This document shows, one piece after another, positions 30,790 through 43,310 of a stretch of 64,000 bases of DNA. The stretch is taken from assembly GCF_009914755.1 (NCBI RefSeq), contig NC_060935.1, one strand, 5' to 3'. Every line of letters begins with the position of its first letter. Position 1 is the stretch's first letter. The notes under the pieces are model-generated. The model saw only the letters and a list, made by a program, of their open reading frames with translations, searched no databases and had not been told where the DNA came from. The position numbers and the translations under genes were made by a program. This DNA is from the human T2T-CHM13v2.0 reference genome, Homo sapiens.

Positions 30790-30950
30790 AGGTGTCTTAG
30801 AAATTGCCCAAATAGCTCATTTTAAGAATGAGGAAACTTAAACCAAGGAGAGAAAAATTAACGCTTTGTCCAAGGTCACATATTTCACAGCACAGATAAA
30901 CTAGAACTAAGTCTTCTGATGCCTTGCATAAGACACTTTACACTCCATTA
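30790..30950 (-). mobile_element. MIR fragment
   Basis: 'ctcattttaagaatgaggaaact...tgtccaaggtcaca...ctagaactaagtcttctga'. Confidence 0.7.
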
Positions 30951-31184
30951 TATCACATGCTTAAAGAATAGTGATGTTTAGGGATGATATATTTTAAAGC
31001 AACCTCTAAATATACAAGGCCAAAAGCCACACATCTAGCAACAGAGAAATTCAAATAGAAGATCATTAAATGATGTGGGATAATGAAGCAAGATTACATA
31101 AAGAGAATGATTGTCTTTGTGATCAACCTTAAGAGACCTATAAGTGTCTACTGGTGAAAGAGAAAGAAAAATTATTCCAGATGA

Positions 31185-32400
31185 AATCAATTCAATTCTA
31201 TTCAGCAAGCATTTTATTGTGCACTTATTCTATGCCACATACTATGCTGGGAGCTAGAAATACATAGCCAGTTAAGACAAGAACTGAACCTTTAAATAAT
31301 CTAGCAAGTGAATACACTATGGATGAAATTCCATTAGAAGGACGTGGGATGAAAGACTATTCAGGGTATTCTGGAACTGTAAAGCAGGGATAGGTAAATG
31401 AGACATGGGATCAGAGAAGACTTCCTGAGGTGATAATGTCTGGGACTAGGTTCTGAAAGACAAGTGCTCTTTAGCTGGGCCAGGAAGGTAAGAAGGGAAT
31501 TACCAGCAGACATAAACTATGAAGGCACAAGCAGGAAAATCCACTTATCACTGGGGAACTCCAAAAACCTCTACCTGTCTGCAGCCAAGTGTCTATGTGG
31601 AGAGAGGTCGGAACAGGGACCACAAACATGGTGCTCTGTAAGTGTGGCAGAGATGGGATCCAGGAGCAAATGGTAATTTATTTGCAAATCTTTCCTTACC
31701 CATTTTTCTGTTTTCTATGATGCTTAAATGAGCTCAAGAACTAAAAAGGGACAACGTACAGTGAGGAGAGGGAAAGATGGGCAGACCCTGATGAGGCTTG
31801 GGTGCCAGTGTGCCAATTTTGAATTTAATTCTGAAAAGCATGAAAGCCACTGAAGCATTTGAAGCAGAGAAATGGCATGATCAGATTTGTGTTTTAGAAA
31901 CATCAGCTTGGCAGAAGGGTGGAAAATGTACTGGCAGGAAAACAGACTGGAAACAGAGAATCTAATCTGAAAACTGTGACAGTAATCCAAGTTATCAGAG
32001 ATTTGGACCCAAAGTAAAGTCATGGCAATGATATACAGATGTGGGAGATAAACACCACAGGACTTAATGGCTAAGGAAATGTGGAGTAGGAAGGAAAGGA
32101 TGAAAGAGGGGGAAATGAATATGTCCTGTCTAACTTACAGGTTTTTTGTTTGAGTGACTGGGAGGATGGCATTGCCATTAACTGTGAAATGGGAAGAACT
32201 TAACTTACCAGCATATAGATGCCATGGCAGTGGATGGAGCCTTCCAAGGAGTGTTTTGGGTGAGAAGAAGACTAAATGGAGCCACTTGAGGGAACTAGCT
32301 TTAAGAGACATAAAGGGGGCTGTGAAGAAAACTGAAAAATAGAGTTGTTTGGAAAACCAGAAATAAACTATGGAAAACATGAAGAGTGCAGAAAAGTAGG
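31185..32400 (-). mobile_element. L2 LINE (long antisense fragment or fragments)
   Basis: 'cagcaagcattttattg...tatgccac', 'aagccactgaagcatttgaagcagagaaatggcatgatcagatttgtgttttagaaa', 'gtgactgggaggatgg'. Confidence 0.75.
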
Positions 32401-32619
32401 AATGAGGAAAATGTGATGTGGAAAGAAGAATCGTCAGAATAGCTTAACTGAACCAAAGACCAGGTAAGGTATACATAATCCTTTCTCACAAAGATAGAGT
32501 GCAGTTGAGAGAAGGACTTGAAGTCTGGGTGAAGAGTTGGTGTTTGAAATAGAAAGCATTGTGGTGTTAGTGATTCAGTAGATTTTATTAGCACCAGTGA
32601 TAACAATGTCTTTCTCTTG

Positions 32620-32850
32620 CGCTTCATACTATTTTCAAAGTGCTTTCACACTCATTAATGTTCTCATTTAGTACTCATCATCTCTTTGAGAGAGATAGGG
32701 CAGGACTAATTATTCTTACTTTACAGATAAGGAAACCAACTCCCAGAAAAGTCTGAGTGATTTGACCTCACTTACATAGCAATTAAAGGCAGAGCTAGGA
32801 CTGGAATTCTGATTTCCTATTTCTCCATCAGGGACTCTGTAATTTGTAAT
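32620..32850 (-). mobile_element. MIR SINE
   Basis: 'ttcaaagtgctttcaca...tttacagataaggaaac...ggcagagctaggactggaa'. Confidence 0.75.
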
Positions 32851-33949
32851 TCTGCCCAACCTCGGACCTCGGAAGCTCAGATGAGTGCATGTGACTATTC
32901 TGGGCCCCAAGGAGGGCCACCTCCCCTCTGCCACCTTCCTGCGTTCTCCATCATGGGCAGAGTTTTGTGAAGCCATAACCCTCACTTGGGATCTTGAGAG
33001 AAACCCAGCAGATCCTCCCTGCAATGCTGTGCCCTCCTCCAGCTGCACTGGATGCCCTCCAGGAGGCTTGGGTTTGCAGCCACTGCTGCCGGTTTTCACA
33101 TCCTGCCTAATGAGGGGCAGACAGATACTAGACCAGACGCGTGGTGAGCAGTTCTGTTTTAGAGCTCGCTTCAGGCAGACTCACGATTCTGTCCAGTGCA
33201 ATTAACAAGTTAAAAACAAAGCTCAGCTCTTCAGCACAATTCTGCATGGTCCAGTTACTCCAGCCTTGCCCTGTGGCCACTCTCAAGTTAACCTCTATGC
33301 GCTTAAATGCTCGCTTGGTCAGAAAGACTGATAGGTGAAGAGCTAAGGGAAGGTTGTTACATGCATGAAAATCCTTTCTCACCACGATAAAACAAAAGTA
33401 CACAACTTGTTTAAAGTGTTAGAACTTTTGGAAGGAATCCAGAGCTCTGTATGTCAAGAGTTTAAACCTGGAGCAAAAAGCCCTAAACTTTGCCTTCTCT
33501 ATTTTGAAACCACAATGAAGTAACTCAAAATCTGGAAGAGAGTGCTCCACCAATCCGGTTTCTCCTCTGTGTGACTCACGGGCTAATAAATCTGGAGAAC
33601 TAAATGGATTCCATTCCTGAATCTCCAATTAAACTTTTTAATGGCTTAAAGCTACAAGCAACAAGTCCAAGTCAATTTCAAATAACCAATGAAATACAAC
33701 CAAACTTTAGCTACAAAGTAAATGAAAAATATACAAAAATATCAGCTGGAAATGCAAACAATATTAGTTTATATCCTGCTAACCAGAATCAACCAGATAA
33801 GGAAAAGGTGGAATCTGGAGGGTGGCTCCATCGGACAAGTGAGTGCCTTTCCCCACATTCTGCCTCATCTTTGTTAATAGTTTCTTGATCAAAATCTCTT
33901 CAAACTATTCAGTTTTAGGCTGCCACTTATTTCCTGTTAGAATCCTAAC

Positions 33950-36410
33950 TGGTATGGTAATTGGCATCAGGATTTTAGGAAACAGATGCAAAGTATGATA
34001 TTTGGAGATTGGATTGCCTACATCATTGAGGAGCACATAGATAATCTCCAGTTGGTGGCAACTTGGACTTGAGTAATCCACAAAATTTGCGGCAACAATA
34101 TAACTCAAATTATCTCCAATGGTGCCATAGATGAAAGTACCTTTGGGACATCAAATGGATTATGGCCCTTAGTTGCTATAGTGGTCATAGAGATTATGGC
34201 ATTATGTAACTTCCTTTTATGGCCATAGAGAACCAAAAGAATAAACATAGAAAACAAGAAATTGAAAGCTATGCAATCTAGAGTACAGTGAGAAAAATCA
34301 TAAAGCCTTATAGCACCATAGCAGGATTCTTTCATCTCCTGTAGGTAGTCACAGAATAGCTATTCTGCTATCTCAGGGCTTGATCATAAGGAGAGCAGAA
34401 TAACATTTCAATTTAGAGCTGAAGTCTACCATATCTCTTATGCACTGACAGGGAAAAAATAAGACCCTGAGACAGATCCTAAATCTGCTTGAACAATTTT
34501 ATTGGCCAAAGAGGCCCATCCCACCATGAAGGAACCAGATTTTCCCTCCTTGAAAGTTGTTCAATGACTTAAAGCTAGGACATGCTTCACCACTGATCCC
34601 AATTTTTCTGAAAGTCCCAACACAACATCTGTTAATACCTCTAGGTCCATACTTTAGAGTTAAATTTAATAGAGTTCAAACTGAGGAATGCACAGCCTTA
34701 TATGAGACAAGATAACCTATATACAGAAAGATTTATAGAACCATTCCATTCTGTATCACCATAACCCTGGAATTTATGTTGTGAGAGTGAGTTCTAAGTT
34801 CAAAAAATGGAAGACAGATTAAGGTCATGATTAGCCCAAATTCATTGAGATGAATTTATTCACCTAATTTGGCTCAAATGTATGAGATTGGCATTAATTA
34901 ACTACTAAGTGGTCTTACAGCTAATAAGATCAAAATTCCAGAACTTTTCTAGCATGCCATAGAGAAAAATGATATTAATTGTGTTTTTTTTAATTTTCTA
35001 TATTTTATGATGCTTTGACATCTTAATGCCTTGCAGACCCAAGGAGGAATTGCACCTCCCAAGGTTAGTTCATTTCTAGAGATAGCAAATAACTTGCCTA
35101 TGAGCACACCTTTGATATGCAAACCACCCAATTTAGAGCCCATACTCCCAATCATTTTATTTATCAAACTCACACACCCAGCCAATATTCCCCCTGCTGT
35201 AAATCACCCCAGGGCTAGGTATCTGACAACCTGGGACCACCCCTATTTCTCAGTGCCCCTTGAATTATTCAGACCACTTAATCCTAAACTTACTCAATGT
35301 ACCTTCTCTACCTTGCTCATTTCCCCTGATGAAATCCACAATAAAGACTTGGGCCCCTGCTTCTGTCCCTTCTCTCCTTCTGCCTCCTGGACGACCTGAG
35401 TACTTTCCCCATATAGTTTTGCATAGAATGGCATTTCCCTTCTTTTGGGAATTGTGGATAAAAATTCTTTTTTCAAAGCAGTTGTTTCCATATCTGTCAT
35501 TTTGCCATACTGAATTAAAACAAAATCCTGGGTACATTTTAGAATAAAGACCCAAGTATTGAAGAAAGAGGAGCAATGAAATGAATCAATTGTGTGTCCA
35601 TTCATCCACAAACTATGTTTCACTGGAGGAACCAGAAAATACTTCTTTCCTATTACAAAGGATATTGGAGTGGTGGCTGAGGGAGAATGGCAGTTTTCTT
35701 GAAGAGCTCTATGCAGCTGTCCTATATAGTTTGGTTGAGATCGCTATATTAGCTGGCCCTTGACTTCAAGGGGAATAATGGGATGCTGGACTATTGGGCT
35801 AGTTTGTGGCACTTAACTCTCAGAGTATAGGTAGGTGCAATTACCACAATGAGACATGAAAGAGTGGAAATCAGAGTGTTTTGACCCATAGAGATCCATG
35901 ACAATGGTTAATTGATCACAAGTTTCCTAGAAAATAGGAAAATAGATATGCAGCCCACTAAGATACAACTTAAAGGTCTAGTGGACAAAAACCTAATTCA
36001 AATATCAGTCATGAGAATTTACAGCCTTTAACACAACTTCCAGAACTACGTAAGTCAATTCATGTACCTGGGTCTATTCAACTAAGGGAACGCTGGATAC
36101 TTTAATCATGAGGCAATGCCAATTACAGGTATGCTTTGGAATGTGGAATTTTTATCGAATAAATCCACACAGTCCTTGGCTTTTGATATGCAACTTTTAT
36201 AACCCAGCAAATGCTTTTCCCCTATTCCTATCAGTATTTTTTTAAATTAGAAAAAAATTTGCCTTTACCTAGCAGGGACAGCAGTACATATTTGCTATCT
36301 TATCTCAGGGCTGTATCAATTTTTTTTGTTTCTTATCACGTAGGTTGAAGGGAACTTTATTACCTTAATAACTCATAGAGCATCAAAGTGGTCAAATACA
36401 TCAGTTGCAT
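33950..36410 (+). mobile_element. Decayed ERVL-class internal region (HERV16/ERV3-16A3-like gag plus RT remnant), interrupted by a MER74 LTR
   Basis: 36258-36320 translates to FAFT*QGQQYIFAILSQGCIN, matching ERVL RT 'FAFTWQGQQYTFTVLPQGY'; upstream 'ANAF...IPI'; gag-like 'gtggcacttaac', 'tggttaattgatca...cctag...aaatagat..gcagcccacta'. Confidence 0.7.
34946..35546 (+). mobile_element. ERVL LTR, MER74 family
   Basis: 'ttgacatctt...ccttgcagaccc', 'ctagagatagcaaa', 'atatgcaaacca', 'aatcaccccagggc', 'ccacaataaag', end 'tacattttagaata'. Confidence 0.8.
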
Positions 36411-36419
36411 TCAGACATG

Positions 36420-36710
36420 ATAAAGTGATATCATAAATACATATTTATTGACTTGGAAGGGACTTCTCAATATATCAAGTGGAAAAGTATATTATAAAAC
36501 AGTTTCTATATTATGATAGCATTTTGTCATAAAATGCTTTATTTAAAGTCTAGAAAGATATACACTAAATGTTAATAAAATTTATCTTCAGGTATATTAT
36601 GGATGATTTTTCTATTTTCCTTTATCCTTTATATTTTTCTGTTTTAATAAAATTTTTATAACTGTATTTGACATTTATAATAATAAAAATAAATAAATTC
36701 CAATTTGGTA
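36420..36710 (+). mobile_element. Old L1 (L1ME-like) 3' end
   Basis: 'aagtctagaaagatatacactaaatgttaa...ttatggatgattttt' L1ME 3'UTR-like. Confidence 0.55.
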
Positions 36711-37114
36711 AAAATGAAAGATCCACCTTCCAGACCTTGAGTTTAACATCTGAGAAAGGCTTGCATCAAAGCTGAGCATGCTGAACCTCCAAAAAATTTA
36801 CCAAGCTTTATATAATCTCCCTAATAAAATATCTAGACCAATAGCTAGAGCTAAATCTGCATGTGATGACTAAGAAGATGCATCTCGGACAACTGGAGTA
36901 TGCAGGAGCAGCGAGGGAGGGAGGAAGGCGTGATATGTCCTTGCTTCATATCTTCTAAGGTGTATAAATAGGACAGTATACCAGCAAGGTGAACAGAACC
37001 ATGAGGAATTGAAAACTGAATGAAAAAAAGGGAAAAGGTAGATAAGCCTCCCTAATTTAATGACTCTTGGCTATCAAACAAATGAAATATAAAATTATTT
37101 CAACGTGTATACAT

Positions 37115-37420
37115 ACTTCATTAAGATTAATTTCATTTTATTATGTGCCAGGCATGACACACCAGATATAAAAAGGTGAATAAGATAGAAAAAAGGGACA
37201 AGTTCCTGTCTCCATGGAGTTCATAATCTAGTGCAGAACAGTCAGGCCAAAAGAGAGGTGACTGTAAAAGACCTAAACAAAGAAGATTTATTGGAGTATT
37301 CGGGCCAAGGTTTCAGAGAGGTAATATTTAGGCTGAGATCTGAAGAGTGAATAGAAATAACTAGTTTTAAAAAGAGAGGGAATAGAAGATGATGTTAGAA
37401 TGGAAAAGGAGGTGAGTCTT
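37115..37420 (-). mobile_element. L2 fragment
   Basis: 'tatgtgccaggca...gtgaataaga...tcctgtctccatggagttcataatctagtg', 'ggctgagatctgaag'. Confidence 0.7.
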
Positions 37421-37509
37421 TTAAGTAGAAGAAATTTCTAGTTATCTAGTAAAAGTCTTATTCTGGTATATTACTTTTCTGTGTAAGTACTTATACTTGA
37501 ATATTTTTA

Positions 37510-37820
37510 GGGATAGTAAATCACTTCCTCTCAAGATAGTGGATTCATTATTGGACATCTCTAATTGTTTGAAAGTACCTTATCAAGTGGAGGCCCACAT
37601 TGCCTCTATAAATTCTATTCATTGATCTACTTCTTCACTTAAATGTGATACAGAATGAGCAAACCTCTCTTCCACGTAATAACCCTTCCAATGTTTGAAG
37701 CCCACTGTCTGATCCTCTGCTTTCTACTCCTCCAGCAGTGCTTCTTTTCTCTTGCTTCTTCATGATGTAATTTCAAATTTCTTCAACATCCTAGTCATTC
37801 TTTGCCAGATATGCTATACG
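37510..37820 (-). mobile_element. L3/CR1 fragment
   Basis: 'ttggacatctctaattgtttgaaagt', 'ctcttccacgtaataacccttccaatgtttgaag' match antisense L3. Confidence 0.6.
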
Positions 37821-37859
37821 ATTCCAAGATATTTTGTAAATATTAAAAAATAACAACCA

Positions 37860-37990
37860 TAATAATTCAGTAAACATTTATTGATCATCTTCTTCAGGAA
37901 AGGCAATTTTCTATGCTCAGGTAAGTACATAGTAAATCAAATGGATAGAGTCACTGACCTTGTGGAGCTTATACTCTAGTGGGAAAAAGG
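37860..37990 (-). mobile_element. L2 tail
   Basis: 'attcagtaaacatttattga...ctgaccttgtggagcttatactctagtggg'. Confidence 0.7.
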
Positions 37991-37995
37991 GAGAT

Positions 37996-37996
<1 letters not shown>

Positions 37997-38036
<40 letters not shown>
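37997..38036. repeat. (AGAT)10 tetranucleotide microsatellite
   Basis: Perfect repeat read directly. Confidence 0.97.
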
Positions 38037-38044
<8 letters not shown>

Positions 38045-38076
38045 CAAAGATACATAATAAATAAACACAGATGCAG

Positions 38077-38108
38077 ACACACACACTCACACACACACAC
38101 ACACACAC
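38077..38108. repeat. Interrupted (CA)n microsatellite
   Basis: Read directly. Confidence 0.9.
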
Positions 38109-38111
38109 CCT

Positions 38112-38870
38112 TCAGGATAGATTCCTAAAAGCAAAATTCTTGGGTCAAAAGGTAAGCAGCTTTTTAGGACTTTTGATACATCTTACCAAATTATCTCCTA
38201 GAATTTTCCCAGTTTTATTTCCCATTGGCTATGTGTGTGATTTCTAATTTCCCCCTAACACAGCCTCCCAAAAATCATTTCAAAGTATTTCCAGATTCGG
38301 AGGTAAACATCTATATCTTGATTTGCAGCTTTTATTACTAGTGAGCCTAAACATTTTTGCATTTTGTGACTTGACTTATTTATGTCTTTTGCTCATTATT
38401 CTAAAAGTATTTTTCTTCACGTCAAATATTTGTAAATACTTTGCCATGTAATAAGGACACTAATCTTTTGCCTCTCTTATATGTTAAAAACAGTTTGCCA
38501 TCATTTCACAAGTTTCTGAATTGTGTCTTTTTGTCAGAGAAATGTTTATAAGCTTTAGTTTCTTAGTAGTAAAATCTACTCATCATTTTCTTCACACTTT
38601 CTGGATCTGGCTTTGATTATAAGTCTTGGAAAATCCTTCCCTATTGTGTCATATAAATCTCCATCTATAATGATTTCTGGTTCTTCTATGAATTTTAAAG
38701 CCTAACAGTATTTAGCATTCTACAATTTATTTTGGTCCATGGAATAAGCTAGGGGTCACTACAGCTTTCTCTTAGAAAAAAAAATTTAATAATTTCAATA
38801 ACATTATGTTCCATTTATTTTAAAATTCTGTTAATCTGTCTGTCATTTCATCTGAACAGATAATACATAA
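38112..38870 (-). mobile_element. Old L1 (L1ME/L1M5) antisense fragment
   Basis: 'ggatagattcctaaaagcaaaatt..tgggtcaaaagg...ttttgataca...ccaaatt' is a typical antisense L1M 3' ORF2 segment. Confidence 0.7.
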
Positions 38871-40179
38871 ACCCAGATTTTAAAAAATAATTAGAAAGCC
38901 CAGGTGTTTTGAGGTCCTGGATGGATTTTTAATAGGGTTACAAACCTTGATGATTAGGAGAATGTTATGTGGCAGAATTTCAATCTCATCTACCAGAGCC
39001 CAGAATGGTAAGTCAATTCGTACAGTGAAGGGAGGACTTGTCAAATTGGAGGGCTTATACAGAGGCAGCCTCAAAGACATGGAGTAAAGAGTGCCCAGCG
39101 TGGCCATTTTTTAGTATATATTTTTTTAAAATCTCGTTTATATATGACCCGTTCAGAAGAAATAATCAATAGAATTTTTAAATAAATGGGTACATAATTT
39201 TGAGATGATCGGATTTTATATATATATATATATATGAAAAAATGGTGACACTGGGCACTTATTTCTTCATAGCTCTATATAATTAGTAAAATGCCAAAAC
39301 TTCTGACAGCAGCAGCAAGATCTATAAAGCTAGAGAAGAGCATTTTAAGTCTCAGGTAGAACTGCTTGCTCCTGTGTAGAAGTGGCTGCCCAAATTCAAG
39401 TAGCTTCTGAAGAGGAAGGAAGGAATCCACAGCTGCCAAAATGTCAAGCTGCTGAAAAATGCAGGTGTCTAATTTGATTCTACAGAATCAAGTGGGGAAT
39501 ATAACTAGATAAGAATTTCAAGTTGGAGAGTTTTCCCCTTATTTGTTCATGTGTTTCCCTGTGGATGCACCCAGGGTCTGCTGTGATGTATTGTTTATCA
39601 CCCCAGACAAAAAAGCAGCACACTTGATGCAGGCAATCATTTCCAAGTTCTGGGGCGACTCAGAGAGACATAGAAGAAAGTTAGATTATGGTCTTCACAG
39701 TGATAATCAGCTATGAGGATTAAGGAAATAAATGAAAAAGCAAATGGAAAACCAGGCTCTAGCTTCAGGATTGGCAACCTAGGCACCTCATGTATTTGCT
39801 GAGCTAATAAGTGTCATCTGAACCTGGCATGAGCCCATGCATACTCTCTTTAAGAGCAAAATAAATGGCATCGTAGGTGACAGATGTTTTAGCTAGATGC
39901 CTCCAAATAGCCCATTCTCATGAATTACAATTGAAAGCAGTTAATTATACAGTTGATGGTGGGGAGGAGGTTGTGGAAAAAACCTTCACTCAAAACCCCT
40001 CTCTTTAACCTGCCAAACACATCAGCAATTGCACCATATAAAATGCATTATCCAGGAATCCTGTTAAAGGGGTGTGATGGTTAATTTTCTGTGTCAAAAT
40101 AGAAGGTGCTTTTAGATTAAATTAACATTTAAATTTGTGAACTTTGAATAAGCTTATTTCCCTCCATGTTGTGGGCAGG

Positions 40180-40549
40180 TGATATGGTTGGCTCTGTGTC
40201 CCCACCCAAATCTCGTCTCAAATTTTAATCCCCACATGTCAAGGGAGGAACCTGGTGTGAGGTGACTGGATCATGGGGATGGTTTCTGCAATGCTGTTCT
40301 TGTGCTCATGAGTGTGTGATAGTGCGTTCTCATGAGATCTAATGGTTTAGAAGTGTTTGGCAGTTCCTCCCTCATTCTCTCTCTCTCGCCACCATGTAAG
40401 GCATTCCTTGCTTCCTCTTCACTTTCTGCCATGATTGTAAGTTTTCTGAGGCCTCCTCAGCTATGCAGAACTGTGAGTCAATTACACCTTCCTTTATAAA
40501 TTACCCGGAGTCTCAGGTACTTCTTTATAGCAGTGTGAAAACTAACACA
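40180..40549 (+). mobile_element. THE1D-like MaLR solo LTR
   Basis: 'tgatatggttggctctgtgtccccacccaaatctc...aagtgtttggcagttcc...gccatgattgtaag...ctttatagcagtgtgaaaactaacaca'. Confidence 0.9.
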
Positions 40550-40850
40550 CTGGGCCCCATCAAATCAATTGAAGGCCTGAATAGAACAAAAAGACTAGCC
40601 TTCCTGAACCAGAAAGAATTCTGAAGCAAATTGCCTTTGGACTTCATCTGTACCATTGGCTCTCCTGGGTCTTCAACTGCCGGACTTCAGATTGGAAATG
40701 CACCATGGGATCTCCTGGGTCTCCAGGCTGCCAGCCTTTGGACTGAAACTGCACCATCAGCTCTCCTGGGTCTCAAGTCTGACAGCCCACACTGCAGAGT
40801 TGGATTTTCCAGTTTCTATAGTTGTATGAGCCAATTCCTTATCATGAATC

Positions 40851-40985
40851 ATATATATATATGTATATATATGTGTGTATATATGTATATATATGTGTAT
40901 ATATGTATATATATGTGTATATATGTGTATATACATGTGTGTATATATATGTGTATATATATATGTATGTGTGTGTATATGTGTA
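40851..40985. repeat. Compound (TA)n/(TG)n microsatellite
   Basis: Read directly. Confidence 0.95.
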
Positions 40986-42849
40986 TTTTTGTTCCTATTG
41001 TTCCCATTTCTCTAGAGATTCCTGATTAATACAAAGGACAAATTTTGTTAGGAAAAGGAAAAAGAAGTCAGCATCATTCATTGCCACATTCAACTCCGTA
41101 GACTCTGAAGGAATGATATACAAGATAAATAAGTTTATGGAGAAGGCAAAAATAAATAAAATAAAATACAATAAAATCAGTTCCCACCCAGTGCAGACAT
41201 CTGACCATGTGAAGGGCATTGAGAAACGATGGGCATGGTCATTGAAAGGGAGAACATGGAAGAAAACAAAGACACCAAAGGCAAACTGTTTTGTATCATT
41301 TTTCCCAGAACAAGGTCTCATGGTGGGAAATAAGAAGCTGAAATGCCTCAGAAATCACTTACTACTGCATGGTTCCATGGCCCATCAATAAGAGTGATGT
41401 GAGTCACAGACCAGAAAAGTCACAGATTTTTGGTCTAAGAATAGGACCACTGGATATGAACAAGACTGCTAAAGAAACTGAGGAGAGTGTCAGATGTAAA
41501 ATCTTATATTTTAAAACATAGAAAAGAAAAATTAAGAAAGGAGCAATGATGGGCTATTTGGTGATCTGAAGTGTGCTGAAATTAGAGGAAAAAAATGATT
41601 CTGTCATTTACCATTCATGTGACCATGGGCAAATTACTTCTCTCATCCATAAATGACAATAGGAAAATAATGCCTACACAAATACATACTACAAAGTAGA
41701 TAAACTTACCTAACACTAAACAGTCTTAATAAACATCAGATTCCTTCCCTCTGATCCCAATAGGAAAACAATTACTGTGGTATGTCCCTTCTGAAAATAG
41801 CTCTAATTTTCAACTCATTTTCTCCTAGCCTAAGAACAAGTTCATTTTGAACCTTTCAGCAATCAAACAATTGGTACATCATGCCTTTCCTAGGGTGAGT
41901 AACATGGTGTATCCCCAACCCCACAAACTTGACTACTTGCTACCAAAATGACTATCTGATAGAGATCCATTAATGAATATATATCACTGTTATCTTTCCA
42001 GTACACTATAGGTTCAAAGGCCCAAGAAGATTGACAGCACTATCCTCACTTATCGCTGATGTTTGTTTAGGTACTAAGTCCTACTGATGTTACTCCCACT
42101 ATGTTGCCTGCATCTGCTCCCTTCCCCTTCATTCACAAGCAAGGTCAGGACTTCATTACATCTTGTCTTGACTATGCTCCCAAATAAACCTTTTGAGAGC
42201 ATAGATTAAATAACGTCACGCTGCTGTGCAGTCTTCTCTGCAAAATGGAACTAATATAGTGCGTATCTCATGGGATTTTGTCTTTATTTTGTGTGTGTCT
42301 GTTTTTTTTTTTCTTTTGGTGAGGACTAATTGAGATACTATACAAAAAATTACCTAAAGGATTTACTCACGCATAGCTCTCATCATTGTAATTATTTATA
42401 TCATCATCATATTACAAAACAAAGATTAAAATAACTTAGCCTGTTATTTAATGACCTGTAAAAGTAAGTCTCACCCTGTCTTCTCACCTGGAAAGCAGAA
42501 GTTTTCTGTTCACATACCCACCCCTGGAACCAGCACTTAATAAAGATGTATAGAGAAGTTCCAGGTACCCTATTAATTCATGAAGAACAGTGCCAGGTGT
42601 CAGATAGACCAGAAAGGAGGGTGCAGAAGTGTCAATGTGTCTGTGCTCAGGCAAAGAACATCTACCGATTTCTGAATCCCACTTGTCAGTCTGGTGGCAT
42701 CAAAGTGCCATTGCTATTCTCGGAATGGGTCTACAAGTGGATCAGAAGAGAAGGTGGGGCAGCCTTCAGAGAGCCTGAACTCTCCAAAGCCATGACATCC
42801 TGCCTGCCCATCTGTACAAGAAGTTAATTAAGGCAGGCCCTACACACAT

Positions 42850-43080
42850 AACAAGCTCCAGAGCCATACTACCTGGTTTTGAATCTGATTTCTGTAGCTC
42901 ATTATTTGTGTGGCTCTGGAATATTATTTAACCTCACTGTGACTCAATTTCCTCATCTGTACAAGATCAGCAATAATAGAAACTATTTCACAGAGTTTTG
43001 TAAAAAATAAACAGCTTTGTATCACTAAAGATCATAAAGCCAACTGCCACATGGCCAGAATCCAGAGCTGTTAGCTGTTA
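42850..43080 (+). mobile_element. MIR SINE
   Basis: 'ttatttaacctcactgtgactcaatttcctcatctgt...caataatag'. Confidence 0.75.
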
Positions 43081-43089
43081 CTGAGAGTA

Positions 43090-43310
43090 TGATCAATGTC
43101 TAGAAGAGATTTTGCTGGATCCAAGGGCATGTGCACTTAACATTTCAATGTATGCTGCTAAATTGACCACAATTCCTCCTCCAAATAATTGTACCAATTT
43201 ATATCAACAGTAGACAAATACATTCCTCACACCATTGGCAGTGCTAAAAGACAATCAACTATTTTAATTGTGGTAAATCTGATAAGAAAAATTATAACTT
43301 TCTGTTTAAT
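43090..43310 (-). mobile_element. Old L1 antisense fragment
   Basis: 'ttgctggatccaagggcatgtgcactt...tgctaaattg...ttgtaccaattta'. Confidence 0.55.

Larger units (their letters stand above)
40073..41033 (+). mobile_element. MLT2B-type ERVL LTR, interrupted by THE1D
   Basis: Starts 'tgtgatggttaatttt.tgtgtcaa', ends 'ctga.taataca'; contains 'gaaggcctgaatagaacaaaaagact' and an internal (TA/TG)n tract. Confidence 0.88.

Noticed and set aside
40631-41029. ORFs with YICIYMCV-type repeats
   Set aside because: Translation of a TA/TG microsatellite inside an MLT2 LTR.
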